Of a stretch of DNA of 64,000 nt, positions 11,027-24,901 are shown piece by piece. The translations under genes and the position numbers were made by a program. The stretch is taken from contig OZ024740.1 in the NCBI GenBank assembly GCA_964016885.1, positions 336,288,001 to 336,352,000 on the forward strand. The letters run 5' to 3'. The stretch comes from Eledone cirrhosa (taxonomy: Eukaryota). Under the pieces are notes generated by a model. The model had not been told where the DNA came from, made no database searches, and was given only the letters and a program-made list of their open reading frames with translations. Every line of letters starts with the position of its first letter. Positions within the stretch are counted from its first letter, which is position 1.

Positions 11027-13342
11027 ATGACCTCACTCAGAATAGGCAGCATAAATGCGCGTGGCTTGGGGTCGTCATGGAAGCAGGGCCACCTACTCAA
11101 CGACCTCAGGTCACTAAACATAGATGTAGTGGCCATCAGCGAGACCAGAATCTCCGAAGCACGGGCCTTCGCACCGATCTTCGGCGGCTACGATGTGTAC
11201 GCATCTCCCAGCCGTCCTGGATCGGGGGGCGGAGTTGCTGTGCTTTTTCGGAGAGGTTTGGATCTTGCCATACGGGCCATCTTCCTGGACCCGGAAGGTA
11301 AGTTGGTGGTGCTGGACATGACCTGCGGAGACGGGCAAGCTTTCAGGTTAGTGGCCGTCTATGCCCCGACAGGAGCAGGGCGGCCTGATTTCTTCCGGCG
11401 TCTGGAGACCTTTCTTGGAACGTCCCGCTCTTTAGTGTTAGTGGGCGACTGGAACGGGATCTTAGATGCACGCTGGGACTGTGTGGGATTAGTGGATAGG
11501 GAAGGAGGGTGCAAGAGTCTCATTAAACCTGCTCAGGCGTTTTGAACTGTCTGACAGGTACCGATTGGATTTCCCGAATGTGCCAATGTGGACTTGGACA
11601 AATCGTATAGGGTCATCCAGATCATATCTAGATAGAGTATTTTGTAGGGAAATAGATAGGTCTAGCATAGGCTGTCCACAATTCAAGATAGTCAGCTACA
11701 CGGACCACAAATTCGTGATCTGTGTGCTTGACTTAGATAGGCTTCATAGACGAGGACCCGGCTACTGGAAGCTAAACGCGTCCTTACCAGCGCGCACGGT
11801 CTACAGAGAGCGGATTAAGGAACTAGTTAAGCTGCCGTTGACGGGGGGCATCGTCAACAACAAGTGGTGGTTGGCTCTGAAAAGAGCGATTAGAATAGAG
11901 TCCATTAGGTTTAGTAAGGCTTTAGCAATAGAGAAAAATAGAGCAGAGGGAGAACTAGAAGATCCGTGTCAGCATATGCGGACGATGTCACCGTAGTGGT
12001 GTCGAACGCCAAACACATCGAGGCGATCGGCACTACACTAAGAGAATACGAAGCGGTGACAGGAGCAATGATCAACCAGGAAAAGTCAGTGGGCCTGCAG
12101 CTCGGCACCTGGAGAGGCAGGTCCATGCCGTCCAACAGCGTCGTCAGACGCTGGACGGACGGACCGGTTAAATTGATAGGGGTCTGGTTCGGTCCAGACC
12201 TCCAGACGGACAAAAACTGGGACGAGGTGACGAGCAGGGTGGCTTCTCTCACCCAGAAATGGGCGGAGAGGAAGCTATCCCTGAAAGGTCGAGCGGAGGT
12301 GGCTAACGCGTACATCGCGTCTGTCATCTGCTACCGCCTGACCGTCGTACCTTGTCCTAAGCCCCGCCTGACTGCGCTGGAGCGTTTTCTCTTTCGCTTT
12401 GTGTGGAAGGGACGCGCTCCGATGGTCAGGCGGTCCATCTGTTGTCAACACCCGCTACGTGGAGGGCTGGGCATGCCATGGCTGATGATGCGCAGACACG
12501 CGCTTAGACTATGCCATCTCCACATCTTCCTCGACGGTGATCAGGTGTGGTCGCCGTTTGCTAGACACGTATTTCCCCAGCTCGTTTCCTTGACGGAGCT
12601 GCAGTCCTGGGTCAAGCGAAGACCGAGAGGGAGCGCCTGGAGACTGGAATGTCTTCAGGCGCTCACAGCCCTCGACCAATCAGGCAATGTGATCTGTGGA
12701 AACTCCACCTCGGCGCTCTATAGAGGATTATTGGAGGGGAAGAGCGACGACGTACTTGGGGAAACTCTAGGCGTCGACGAAAATCAACTAGCCAATCTCT
12801 TCGGAAGGACTTTCGGGCCGGGGCCTATGGACAACTTCCAGAAATCTCTGGCCTGGCAGTGCTACCGAGGAGCCTTGCCAGTTCGGGATAAACTCTACAG
12901 GCATGGAGGTGCCGTCAGCCGGGCATGTCCGAGATGCGCGCAGGGCGACGAAACCGTCCTGCACGCACTCGTCCAGTGTCCGAGCATTGCTGACTTGTGG
13001 GTTTATGTCAAACACCTGCTGTCACGTGTAGGACGGATCCAGCTATCAGCTGAGTCCATCGTGAGGATTGCCCCGCCCTCTTCCTTTAGCCGAGAAGTGC
13101 AGGCAGTTTTTATCTGTCTGGTGGCCATGGCGAAAGAGATAGTATGGTGGACACGTTTGAAAGGGCTGAAGACGAGCACTTACCTCTTCGGTAATGCCCC
13201 GATTGACTTTTTCAAATTTCATTTGAAAAGGAAAATCAGAGTAGAGAGGGAAGTGCTCTCTTCCCAGCATTTTGTTGAAAGATGGGTGAGAGAAGCAAGA
13301 ATGGCCCGAGTGAATGGGCCTACTCTGAGTATGTATCTGTAA
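11027..13342 (+). pseudogene. Tx1-like ORF2: APE endonuclease, frameshift, ~1.1 kb RT deletion at ~11963, RT tail and CCHC zf-RVT
   Basis: SINARG, ISETR, VYAP, GDWN, YLDR, TDH; then SAYADD and CPRC...ETVLHALVQC. The deleted segment corresponds to ~62790-63890 of the second copy. Confidence 0.9.
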
Positions 13343-13603
13343 ATTAAAGGTGGAAAACTGGGATAGTGCACTTGCCTTGGTGGTCAGGGTCACTGTGGCC
13401 TTTTACTGGGCTTTCTCCACAAATGTCCCCCCGAAGTCTCCCCCCTATTGGGGAATTTTTCTTTATTTTATTACATCCTCTGTTTTTTTTTTACACGCAG
13501 AAATGCCCATTTGTACCGTCCTGTATTGTCCTGTACTGTCCTTAATGTCTACTTCATGTAAACCCTTGTGGTTAATAAAGAAAACATTATTATTATTATT
13601 ATT

Positions 13604-16600
13604 ACAGTTGCATTTATCTTGCTTTATGTTCATACGAGTTATCACCAAGTCACAACAAGTGACCTCAAGAGACAACAAGGTCCGCCATGTTCAAGAAAGA
13701 ACATACATACTCACACATGCATCTTTAGTGTTTAGACTTGTGATGTACTTATATTGACAGAATCTTCCTTAGTATATGGGCAGTTCCCATTAGTACTATC
13801 TTTTGTATTTCTCCTATACGCGTGTTTCCTGGGATTTGCGATAAGTAATCATTAGACCCCTTAGGTATCATTCCCAGAGCGCCTACAACCACTGGTATTG
13901 TTTTAGTTCTCAATTTCCACATTTTTCCAATTTCTATCTCCAGGTCCTTATACTTGCTCAATTTTTCAAATGTTTTTATAGATACATTCTTGTCTATTGG
14001 AACATACATATCAATTAGCAGGCATACCCTCTTTTTGAAGTCCTTCAATATTATATCAGGTCTATTTGCATCTATTTTTCGGTCTGTTTGGATGCTAAAG
14101 TTCCACAAGATTGAGATGTGATCTTTTTCAAGTATGGGAGGTGGTTGATGCTCCCACCAATTCTTTTGATGGGGCAGGTCAAAATGCTTACACATTATCC
14201 AATGTATGTATTGTGCAGCTCTGTCATGCCTGTTTAGGTATTCGGTTGGAGCTATAGGACTGCACATTGAAATTATATGGTCAATGGTCTCTGGTTGTTT
14301 TTTGCATACACGGCATAATGGGCTGCATCCATTTTTTATTATGTTGGCTTGGTAATTTTTTGTTGGCAGACACTGATCTTGTGCTGATATAATCAGTCCT
14401 TCAGTCTCCGATTTCAGTCCAGAGGATGCCAACCACTGATGGGTTAAAGTTTTGTCAACATCAGGATTGTTAGCTTGCTCTGGGTATTTTCCATACAGGG
14501 GCTTTTCTTGCCATTTCTTAGCCAGTTTCTGTAGTAGTTCTTTCTTTGCAGTTACTTTTACCTGCTTTGCTTTTTCTGTGTTTTCCATTTCAGCAGTAAA
14601 TGGGACTTCTGAAATTTGTAGTCCATTACTGTATCTTTGTGCATCTTTTGTAATGGAATATGATCTTTTGATGCTTTCATGTTTCAAAACGAGTTTGATC
14701 ATCCAATCATGTGATTCCCTTAGATATGTAGATAATCCAATTGTTGCAGTTTTCAACGCAATGTCTAACTGGATTAACCCACGTCCTATTTCTTTCCTAG
14801 GGAGATATATTCTATCTATATCTGCCTGAGGGTGATGCATTCTGTGCATGGTTAAGAGTTTTCGAATTTTTGTATCGAGCCTACGGATCTCTGTGCTTGA
14901 CCAGTTGATGACATTGTAACTGTAGGTTACTACTGGTATGGCAAGCGTGTTTATGGCATCGATCCTATTCCTTGCATTCAATTCCGTTCTTAAGATTGCT
15001 CTTACTCTGCGGTAACATTCCTTCCTTATCCTTTCCCTCATTGTCGAGTGCTTGATTCCGTCTCCTTCACAAACACCTAGATATTTGTAAGTTTTTTCTT
15101 GATCAAGTTCTCTTATCACGTTCCCCCGATCAAGATTAATGTCTGAACTCTTCAGCAGCTTTCCTCTGGTGAACGTTGCTTTGGCGCATTTGTCTAGTCC
15201 AAACTCCATTTTAATGTCATCACTGAACTGCTCCACAGTGGATAATAGCCCTTGCAATTGTTCATCATTTTTTGCAAATAGTTTCAGGTCATCCATGTAG
15301 AACAAGTGATTAATGGTTTTGTCATAGACTTTATATCCATGTTTTGTTTCATTGAGCATTTTACTTAATGGTATAAGTGCGATGCAGAATAAAAGCGGTG
15401 ATAAAGAGTCACCCTGAAAAATTCCACAATTAATATTAACTTCTCCAGCTTCCAGTGATTTTGTTTCACTATTCAAAAGGAGTGTCGTTTTCCATGTCTT
15501 CATACTGAATGACAAAAACTCCCGACAACAGGGGATATTTTGAAAATCTCTAAACATTTTTCAATCCAACTGTGTGGCAAACTATCGAATGCTTTTTTAT
15601 AATCTATCCAAGCAATCGATAGATTTTTGTGTCTATTATGACAATCTTCCAGTATCATTTTGTTAACCAGAAGCTGATCCTTACAGCCATATGAGCCTCG
15701 TTTACACCCTTTCTGCTCAATGGGAAATAGGTCATTTGTTATCAGGTGGTCATATGTGTATTCAGTTAGGACTGATGTTAAAATTTTATACATTGTGGTC
15801 AAGCAAGTTATCGGTCTGTAATTCTTGGGATTGTTTGTCTCATCATTCTTCGGAAGCAGGAATGTAATGCCGTTAACTAGCCATGAAGGTATCTTTTCTG
15901 GCTCCTTAACTATTTCATTGTAAAGTTGGGCTAACAGCTCATGAGACTCTGTGAAGGCATTTATCCAAAAGTTTTGTATTTTGTCTTTTTCTGGGGATTT
16001 CCATTTGCTGGTTTTTCTTAGAGCCAAGCGCAACTGTTCAACTGTTATATTTTCCCATATTTGTTCCTCAAGGTGAGCTGTATCTTTCATTTGTCTGTCT
16101 ATCCATGGGGCATGTATGTTATGAACTTTTTCTTCGGCCCAGATCTTTTCCAAGAATTCTTGCACTTCCTCCTTGGGTGGTATTGATTTAGCAGTTATTG
16201 TTGACTTACCAATTTTTCTGTAGAAGTTTCTTTGGTTGTTTTTGAACATATTATTGTCCTTATAGAATCTAGATCGTTTTTCAAAGCGCATTATACGAGC
16301 AGCTTTGGCCGACACTTTTTGTTTGATTATTTCTATCAGCATGTCTATGTCACTTGTTGATTTTATACTGTACTTTTTTTTCAATTTTCTAAGTTTAGTT
16401 TGTTTAACATGTTCAGCTACTTTATAGTTTGTTAAAATTTCTATGTCAGATCGGAGAAGGTTTATTTGACGGTTGATGTTCTCTTGCCAAGTAGATTTCT
16501 TCTGGGAATTCCTTTGTTTTTTCATCTTCACTCCACATAAGTGAGTGGTGACTTTAGCCGATGCATAATAGAGATGATTTAAATCAGTAATGTTTAGTTT

Positions 16601-17560
16601 GTTTGTGATGATAATGTTTTTGAGAATTATGTTAGTCTTGTGTATTATCTTTTGGTTCTGTTTGGAGTTCTGGATCTTAGGGAGGGTGTCTCGTTTCCCC
16701 ATGTCAGATTCTTTCATTTTCATCCATTCGATCATGATTTCATCCTTCAAGTTGGCAAGTTCATTCTCATTCATTTCTTTATCATTTACGATCTCATTAT
16801 TTTCATTTGGAGTTTCATCTTGAGCATGCACTCCCTCCACTTTTTCGATCCTTTCTTTAATTTGTTCTGTTGCCAGTGATTCCGCCCCAACCCTGGGATT
16901 CGAAGTGTTACAATTTACCTCGTTTTCACTGACACATGTTTCATTTTCCCTTCGCTGACTTTGTGCTAATAGCTTGATCTGATCAATTTCTATATCAGTT
17001 AGTAACTTTTTTCTTACAATATTTCTTCGTATATTGGCTAGTTTGTTGCTATCAATATAGCCTCTGTTTTCGGGATGTTTCTTTTTCCAGTTGATATATG
17101 TCTGTTCTGTATTCGATGTATTTGATGGGTAGTACATGGCAGTGTAGAAAGCCTCAAGGACTTCTTTATTATCTTCCCTTGACCATTTTTCTCTCTTTTT
17201 CTTTGTATTTCTTGATGGTGAGCATGGAGGGCCAACAGTAGGAGTATTCCGGTTGTAGGAGGTCTCCAGCTCCGAAGTGATGGGAAGGTTTGAACCATTA
17301 GCTGATTTTTCGACCCCAGTCTGGTTCCTCTCTGAGGGACGCGGCCCTTTTTTACCCGGGTGACGGCCGATCCGGTATGAGATTTTATCATTAGACATTT
17401 GCTTTATTTTGTCGCGTTTTATCCTTATCCGCCAAGGGGTAATCATTTCGTGTTACCACTTCTAGAACGAGTGTCAACCAAAACTAGAGGGGTCGTTCTC
17501 CCCTAGAGACACGGCTATTCCCCGCCGGCCGCCATCCCGGTATTTCTTGGTCACGGGGTT
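13604..17560 (-). mobile_element. R4/Dong-like RLE non-LTR retrotransposon, near full length, with (TAA)n at its 3' end
   Basis: Single long ORF with RT, CCHC and restriction-like endonuclease. The 3' end abuts (TAA)n, the target known for Dong-type elements. Confidence 0.9.
13749..17446 (-). CDS. RT + restriction-like endonuclease polyprotein with one frameshift at ~15520
   Basis: NYRPITCL, IDYKKAFDS, GIFQGDSLSP, YMDD, CRVC...ETIDHIISMC, RHD and RPDIIL...LIDM. The 648 aa and 602 aa ORFs overlap at the shift. Confidence 0.88.
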
Positions 17561-18547
17561 TTCTTTTTGTTGTTTTTTTTAAATTGTTATTATCATGAGT
17601 GGTTCCTTAATGTGAGCATTGCGTGGCTTAAGAATGAAATTATTAATAATTGTCTCCACTCCAGGCACAAGGCCAGCAATCACCCAGTGCATTACAATAA
17701 TATAATATACTTTTTGCTGAAGTTGCCTGTTATTGTTGTTGGCTATGTCGGTGGTGGTGCTGGGGATTTTTATATTGTTGGTGAGGAAGGGGTGAGCTAG
17801 CAGTGCCATAGTTGTTGATGTTGACGTTTGGCCGGTGGCCAGGTCACTAAGTCAATCTATTTATAAATTTTGCTAGCTTCTCCCTTGTCTAGTGATACCG
17901 CCACCTTCCCATTTCTCTCTCAAGTTAACAGGGGAATAGTGGTGGTAGCAATGAAGGAGTGGTGGCGGCGGTGATGGGATAGTGGTAGCAATGATGGATG
18001 GGGTGGGGTGGTGGCGGCGGTGGCTTTGACGTTACTGAGTTTTGTGATATGTAGTATATATGAGTGTGTGTCGCGTATGTTTAATATATATTGTGTTGAC
18101 ATATTCCCGTCAAATTGGGATCAAACATTTTTTTTAAAAAACTTGAGACAATAATAATAGTAATTATTATTATGATGCTGGGATTGGTGGTGGTGAAATT
18201 GCCGTTATCTGGCTGTTATATTTAGTGTGATGGGGTAGGTGGTGTATCAAGTTTCTGGTGTTGGTGAAATTGCTGTTATTTGGCTGTTCTATATAGTGTA
18301 GACAGAGGGTGTTTTCTTCCATTTATAACCATTTTCTTTTTTGAATGCAAAATATATAATACAAAATTGAATATTTGAGCGATATAACAATATAATATGG
18401 ATCCGAAATTTGATGGGGCTTGACTCGGTGGTTTATGCAACATTTGTACTAAGAATTGTTATTTCACAATTGATTTAAATATGTTAAAAATCAAAAACTT
18501 ACGGGAGCGATTTCATGACCTTCTACCACCTCGTGCGTCTTCTTCCC

Positions 18548-18599
<52 letters not shown>

Positions 18600-18619
18600 G
18601 TTATTATTTCTTCTTCTTC

Positions 18620-18990
18620 TTCCTCGTTCACTTATTCCTAAAAGGATCATGGGGGCAGAGTCCTCAAACACTCTCTCCAGCGAGTCCTGTCAACAGCAAC
18701 CATCTCCAACTGATCCGGTTGGATCTCCAAGCTCATGGATGTTATCCAACCATATTGCTCGGGGTCTACCCCTGGGTCTCCTGTCGGTTTGTTTTGCCCA
18801 CAAAATCCATGCAGCGATTATTTCCTAAGACATTCTAACCACATACCCATAGTATCAGAGCTGTATTCTCCCAATTCGGAGAAATAGCGGCTCTATCTGG
18901 AGTGAATCTCTGATCTCTGAGCTACCACTTTATCTAGTAACGATACTCCAAAGACCCTTTGGAGGAATCCATTTCGGCCGCTTGTATTCG
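18620..18990 (-). mobile_element. 3' fragment of an RTE-group LINE with (AAG/AAT)n tail
   Basis: Minus strand encodes RRPRGRPRAIWLDNI. Homologous to 45315-45525. Confidence 0.65.
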
Positions 18991-19242
18991 CGGCCCATAT
19001 AATGTTATGCATCAAAATTGAAATAAAAACATTTATAAAATGCGAAATATCCACCGGCCATTATCAGTTATTTTAGTTACACATGCAATGCTTTCTTCAT
19101 ATTCGGGGCAGAAATTATAACCATCTGTTCGTTATTTTGTAAATCCCGAAATACTGATAAAATAAAGCCTGGTGGGGATTTAGCCACAGTTGACCAAATT
19201 GACACTAAAATACTTTTTTCTATGATTATTTTAAGATCTGCA

Positions 19243-19315
19243 GGAACGGTTTGACTATGATTCACTGATGAGTTCTAATAATGACCGAAACAGGCATTTA
19301 GTTGTCACCGTTCTG
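19243..19315 (+). ncRNA. Decayed hammerhead motif
   Basis: CTGATGA-gttc-taataat-gacc-GAAAC with a distal gaacggt/accgttc stem. Proximal stem I is poor. Confidence 0.4.
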
Positions 19316-19883
19316 CCCAAAATATATATATGCTTCGCATTGCATTATATTTTCAATTAATCTCAATTAATTTAAAACCTGGGGATCTCTTCTCTGTCTC
19401 TCTTGATTAGAATTAATGAGTTTTTCTTGTCACTGCGGAGGACAAAATTTTAATTATTTACAATATGTTGGCTCATCACATGAAATATGTTAGCGCCCAC
19501 TTTATTAATATTCTGATATGTGTATTGTTGTCCACTAAAACCTGATGTTGATATGTGGATATGTTAAGTGTTTTATGAAGAGTGTTTACTTCAATGTATG
19601 TGATGCTTCGCTGATACTTCAATCATTTACACACAGAAAAGTAGTTAGTGTGGACACACTTTATATTTATCATGTTTGCAAGCATAAACATACTATATAC
19701 GCACATATTATACACACAATACACACATGCAGACATATATGCAAACACACACGCACAAGGATTTCCAGAGAGAAAATTAATAGCCACATTATATCTACAG
19801 AGATAAAGCTAATAGCCCCCACCATATATCTATCTGTGCATACATTTGTAACTAAACAATTATCTATCATATAATTTGTCCGG

Positions 19884-19940
<57 letters not shown>

Positions 19941-20482
19941 ATATCGCTTCAGAATTCAGTACACACGTAGTATACGTTTCTCTCTGTTTAACTTGTTCTA
20001 GCGTCTGTTTATGCCTGTGTACACAATGACTTCATCCGAATTAACACCGTGTCAATAGCATTACTAACATTTAATCAATAGATGAAAAGTCACTCACCCA
20101 TGGCTCATCATAAGTCTATCGAAATAAGAATCTAGAATCAATCCACATATCAAATTCCCATCGAATTTCGACTGATTTGAAATGCTAGTCGGCTGATTTT
20201 CATTAATTTGCTCTGTGTCTCCACGGGAAAGCTAATCCTAATGTACTGATAGATGCACACATCTATCAAACAGTAAACACCAACCTGACTATGATTTTGT
20301 TTAATGATCCCTGATATTAACACAGTGATAATACTCTCACTTGACATCACGAGGTACAATCGGTCCCCTGTGTAAAATGAGACTTACTGTGTACTCACGA
20401 TACGATGGGTGGGTGCGGGATGTAAAGGAAATATTGTATTTTGTTTGAAGAATTTTCAGATTTATTCAGTATTTCCTTCTGA

Positions 20483-20650
20483 CGTCACGAGGCTTAGTTA
20501 TTAAGGTGTTGGCCTTACGATCGTAAAGCTTTAGGTTCGAGCCCCGGGGCGGGCGATGAGCTGCATCTTTGAGCAATGCACTTCACTTCGTGTTGTTCCA
20601 GTTCATTCATTTGAAAAAATGAGTACCAGCAATGGAAGCTGAGGTTAACT
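20483..20650 (+). mobile_element. tRNA-derived SINE (another family), interrupted by a MITE downstream
   Basis: A-box-like aggcttagttatt, B-box GGTTCGAGCCC, then ttgagcaatgcacttcac. Confidence 0.55.
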
Positions 20651-20713
20651 CTGTAACGAACTAGCGTTGTAATCTCTTGAAACTGAGATAAACTCCGCCC
20701 TGATAATCTAATG

Positions 20714-21025
20714 CAGAGGTTCTCAAAGTGGGCGCTACCGCCTCCAGAGAACATTGAGAAGGCCCAGGGTGGCATTGCGGCCTAAGGAGGGTGTAGAGAT
20801 GATAAGATAGTATATTAAATATCAAATGATATATGTTATATATAAATATAGAAAAATTAAAAAACATATAATATTTATTTATACATAGTATATATTATAT
20901 TATTTTTATTTTATTTATTATATATTATTTACAATTTGCCCCTCTAGAAATAGGGTTGGGGGCGCTGAGGGTATTATGTGGCCCTGAGGTGGGGATCAGT
21001 GGCCCAAAATGTTTGAGAACCTCTG
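20714..21025. mobile_element. hAT (Charlie-like) MITE
   Basis: Perfect 14-bp TIRs CAGAGGTTCTCAAA / TTTGAGAACCTCTG. No clear TSD. Confidence 0.75.
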
Positions 21026-21651
21026 ACAAGCTAGAGGCTCATAAAAAACTTAATCTTTTTATTCAGTATTTATTATTTTATTATTTGTATTATTTACAGT
21101 TGAAGATTTCTCACTTAAATTACTTATATTTTTGTAGTTTCTCTCTTTTTTTTTGTTATTGATTTTCTCTTTGTTTTTTCTAGGTTATTTTCTTGTAGTT
21201 TTTGTTATTTTATGTTTGTTTGTTTTGCTTTCTTTTTTTTTGTTTGTTGGTTGGTTGGTTTTGTGTTTGTTTGTTTTTTAAATCTGAAAGCAGAACATTA
21301 CCCATTATCGAGAAAGGTTTTCACCAATTAGTTGTTAGGGAACTAAATGAGATTGGACTAGATTTATGATAATGTATCCCCTTCGGTTTCGGTGATGAGC
21401 ATTCAGTTGCTCAATTAATTGAACGTCCAAACTTGTAAGTGCTTGAATACTCTAAAGACACGTACCTTTAATATAATTCCGAAAACGAATTAGTGTGACA
21501 TAATATCAGCCAAGACTAGATCTTTAAATTACAGGTACAGTCCATTTGACAGGTGTTCACACCGTTTCCGTTACACAATTTCACTCACATTCTACCTGGC
21601 TTACAACCTCTCTCTTTCTCTCTTTCCCTTTCTTTCTCTCTCTCTCTCTCG

Positions 21652-21682
<31 letters not shown>

Positions 21683-21762
21683 CCCCTCTCTCTTTCTCCC
21701 TAACTCTCTCTCTTTGCAGAAATATATCATCAACCCCCAATATGCATATATATAGATATATA

Positions 21763-22041
21763 TATATTAATAAAAGAAATTCCAACTTTGTCTGATTTAC
21801 TCGTTTTATTTACAATCCTTTAAAATTATAATGATATTATAATGAAATAGTATGGTAGAATATTAAATGTTAAATATTTATTGAACAAGTACTTTCATGC
21901 TTTCGCAATCTTCAGGTTCATATTCAGTGGTGACAGTCAAGTTTGCAATTTTCATATTTCATTATAATATCATTATAATTTTAAAGGATTGTAAATAAAA
22001 CGAGTAAATCAGACAAAGTTGGAATTCCTTTTATTAATATA
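21763..22041. repeat. Fold-back pLTR module: arms 21763-21849 / 21955-22041 with a hammerhead in the spacer
   Basis: Arms are reverse complements; flanked by (TA)n. Confidence 0.85.
21882..21920 (-). ncRNA. Minimal type I hammerhead
   Basis: tgaac-CTGAAGA-ttgc-gaaa-gcat-GAAA-gtac-TT-gttca, then AATAAA. Confidence 0.75.
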
Positions 22042-22073
22042 ATCTTCTATACACAATCATACACACCCGTGTA

Positions 22074-22148
<75 letters not shown>

Positions 22149-22202
22149 CGTTTCTTTATTTGTTTAGAAAGATTCTTTATCTGAAAACGTGTGTTGAAAC
22201 CG

Positions 22203-22383
22203 ATATTGTTATGCTTTGGGAGGGTCATGTTGCCAATAAGAAAACACACGCACCAGTTGCTTTCAACCGGAAATTTATAAATTCTTAAATTTATAAATTT
22301 AACTTATAATAAATTGGAGTGAAAGCAACTGGTGCGTGTGTTTTCTTATTGGCAACATGACCCTCCCAAAGCATAACAATATA
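22203..22383. repeat. Inverted repeat: arms 22203-22265 / 22320-22383
   Basis: ~63 bp perfect arms. atgaccctcccaa is also present at ~2700. Confidence 0.85.
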
Positions 22384-22471
22384 TATATATGTATGCATAT
22401 TGGGGGTTGATGATATATTTCTACAAAGAGAGAGAGAGTTAGGGAGAAAGAGAAAGGGAGAGAAAGAGAAA

Positions 22472-22531
<60 letters not shown>

Positions 22532-22599
22532 AGAAAGAGAATATATATATATATATACTTATTGAGGTTTGGTAAATTATAATTAGTAGGAAATTAATG

Positions 22600-22740
22600 T
22601 GAGTAGAAATAGTCGTATGATCACGAAATCATATTTACAACCACACGGTTCCGGGTTTGATACCACTGCGCAGAGATTGGGGCGGGTTAGTTAATATCTT
22701 GTGAGTGGAATTTAGTAGACAGAACTGAGAAGAATCCCAT
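22600..22740 (+). mobile_element. tRNA-derived SINE fragment (family B)
   Basis: B-box-like GGTTTGATACC. Related to 5530-5660 and ~7330-7420. Confidence 0.5.
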
Positions 22741-22761
22741 GGTATCTCTCTCTCTCTCTCT

Positions 22762-22808
<47 letters not shown>

Positions 22809-23714
22809 CCTCTCCTTCTTTCTCTCTCTTTCTCTTTGCAGAAATATATCATCATCTCTGGAAGCATGCTACACTGCATCCCATTCCCCCAAGAGGGGAA
22901 ACCCTTCTGACACCGTCATCTATCTTACTATAATGGCACTCACTTCTAATATCTCAAGATTACTCACTCTGTCATACCTACGTCCACAGTGGCATTTATA
23001 GTCAAAGGTTAAAATATGTGTTAATTTTATATAATTAGATGACAGAGAAATCGAGTCTATTTCACGGTAAAGATTTGTAACGATGTAGTGAAGGTGGATC
23101 GTATGGTGAATAGTTAAGAGAGAGAGAGAAACAAGAGAAAGAGAAAGTATAGCTGATGTGAATTATAATATCCTGGTGACATGGATTGTGTGTGTGTGTA
23201 TGCGTGTGTGTGTGTGTGTGAATGTGTGTGTGTAACTAGACGGCTGGCAAAATTTAAAAGTGTAAACTGCCTACATAGAAAGCCACTGGGTCTGGCCTGG
23301 CTTTGAAAATGATTTTTCATTTAATGAATTCAGTGAATTTAATTATCTATAGTATGAGAGAGCATATTAATTTCTCTGGTGGGAACACGACAACATATGT
23401 GACAAACAACTATAAACATATCCTGCGTATAAAGTATATAACACTAATATCAAATAAATACATTCTGTATAAAGCATGTAGCAATTATACCTTGCATATA
23501 TGATATATATTATCTAATATGTATAACGTCTAGATAATATACACTGTGTAAATACAACAGTTATATAATACATCATTCATATATAATATCAGTATGCCCG
23601 GGTCGTCAAAACTGACGAAACTTCTATTAATTATGGAGAATGTCGCATCCATTCTATATAACGAATGAACCCATTGAAGAATTCCTGGCCGAAATTTCCA
23701 CACTTAATATTTGA

Positions 23715-24143
23715 TAACGGTTTCTGATTTAGGCACAAGGTGGTACGAAAGTCGATTACATCGACCACAATGCATTACTGGTACTTTATTTTATCGACCC
23801 CATAAACAGGAAAAGTAAAGCCAACCTCGGCGGAATTTGGACTGAAAACGTAAAGAAACGTACCTATATGCCACAAAGTGTGTGTCCGATTCTCTACCGA
23901 CACTGTCAACCCACCACGCTCATTTAATATTTAATAATTGCTGTTACTTTGGGCACAAGGCCAGCAATTTGGGGGCGGGGGGATAACGATTAAATCTATC
24001 CTAGTGCATTACTGGTGCTTTATTTTATCGACCCCGTAAGAATGAAAGGCAAAGCTAACCTCGAGAGGATTTGAACTCAGATCGTAAAAAGCCGTAACTC
24101 TATGCTGCAAAGAATAGCGTCCGACCCTCTACCGATACTTCCA
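23715..24143 (-). mobile_element. Two adjacent family-A SINEs (~23715-23918, ~23935-24143)
   Basis: Both contain ctggt(a/g)ctttattttatcgacccc and aacctcg. Confidence 0.8.
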
Positions 24144-24239
24144 AATAATTAATATTAAAATATTACCAAACTGCATTCTAATGTGACGTCGCTGCTCCTT
24201 AACCACTATGACACACTATGACGTTTATTTATACATTTA

Positions 24240-24350
24240 TTTATTTTTGAGTAGAAAGTTTTCTACCATGAGCCCGTAAATGGTTTTTAAGTCCAGACAT
24301 GGAGCGAAAGATTTTCTGATAAATTTTGCAAACTAATCCGGAAGGTATTG
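24240..24350 (-). mobile_element. RTE-type 3' tail fragment (C2H2-like end)
   Basis: CKIYQKIFRSMSGLKNHLRAH resembles [22 protein letters not shown] at ~58220-58290. Confidence 0.5.
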
Positions 24351-24527
24351 ATCCTACATAATATACATACACACATATGTATATATATTTATATGTGTGT
24401 GAGTGTATGTGTGTGTATGTGTGTATACATACATATATATATATACATATACAGCCACACACACTCACATACACATATATATGTGTGTGTGTTTGTGTGT
24501 GTGTTTGTGTGCGTGCGTGTGTATGTG

Positions 24528-24581
<54 letters not shown>

Positions 24582-24901
24582 TTAGTTAAGCAAAACAAGA
24601 CCACAAATTTCACGAGGAAGACATTATTAAAAGATTGTCAACATATTTTAGTTTGATGTAAGGAATGTAGAGAATAATAATAATAATATTAATAATAATA
24701 ATGTCCGTTTACAATTGTTTCGCTACTCCATATAATATTTTTGGATCAGATGACTATATATCATAATTGCTTCTAACTAACTCACCAATCTCTCCTCTCA
24801 TATCTCCTCTCCTATCTCCATCTCTCTCTTTAAGATTGGTTACTCTTGAACTGTGTATACTTGAGCTCCCGTAGTTGAGCTACTTACTGTTAGAAGTCAC
24901 C

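Larger units (their letters stand above)
9224..13585 (+). mobile_element. Tx1/L1-clade LINE, internally deleted, in an (ATT)n tract
   Basis: ORF1 remnants, APE endonuclease, RT C-terminus and zf-RVT, with AATAAA at 13574 and (ATT)n on both flanks. Homologous to 59811-64000. Confidence 0.9.

Noticed and set aside
17270-17560. HDV-like ribozyme in the Dong-like 5' region
   Set aside because: GC-rich hairpins and gaacc...GCTAATggttc are present, but no consistent P1/P3/L3 could be built.
23594-23648. Hammerhead-shaped fold (atgc/gcat, gtca/tgac, GAAAC...GTC)
   Set aside because: Core CCGGGTC has three mismatches; counted only as a decayed remnant.
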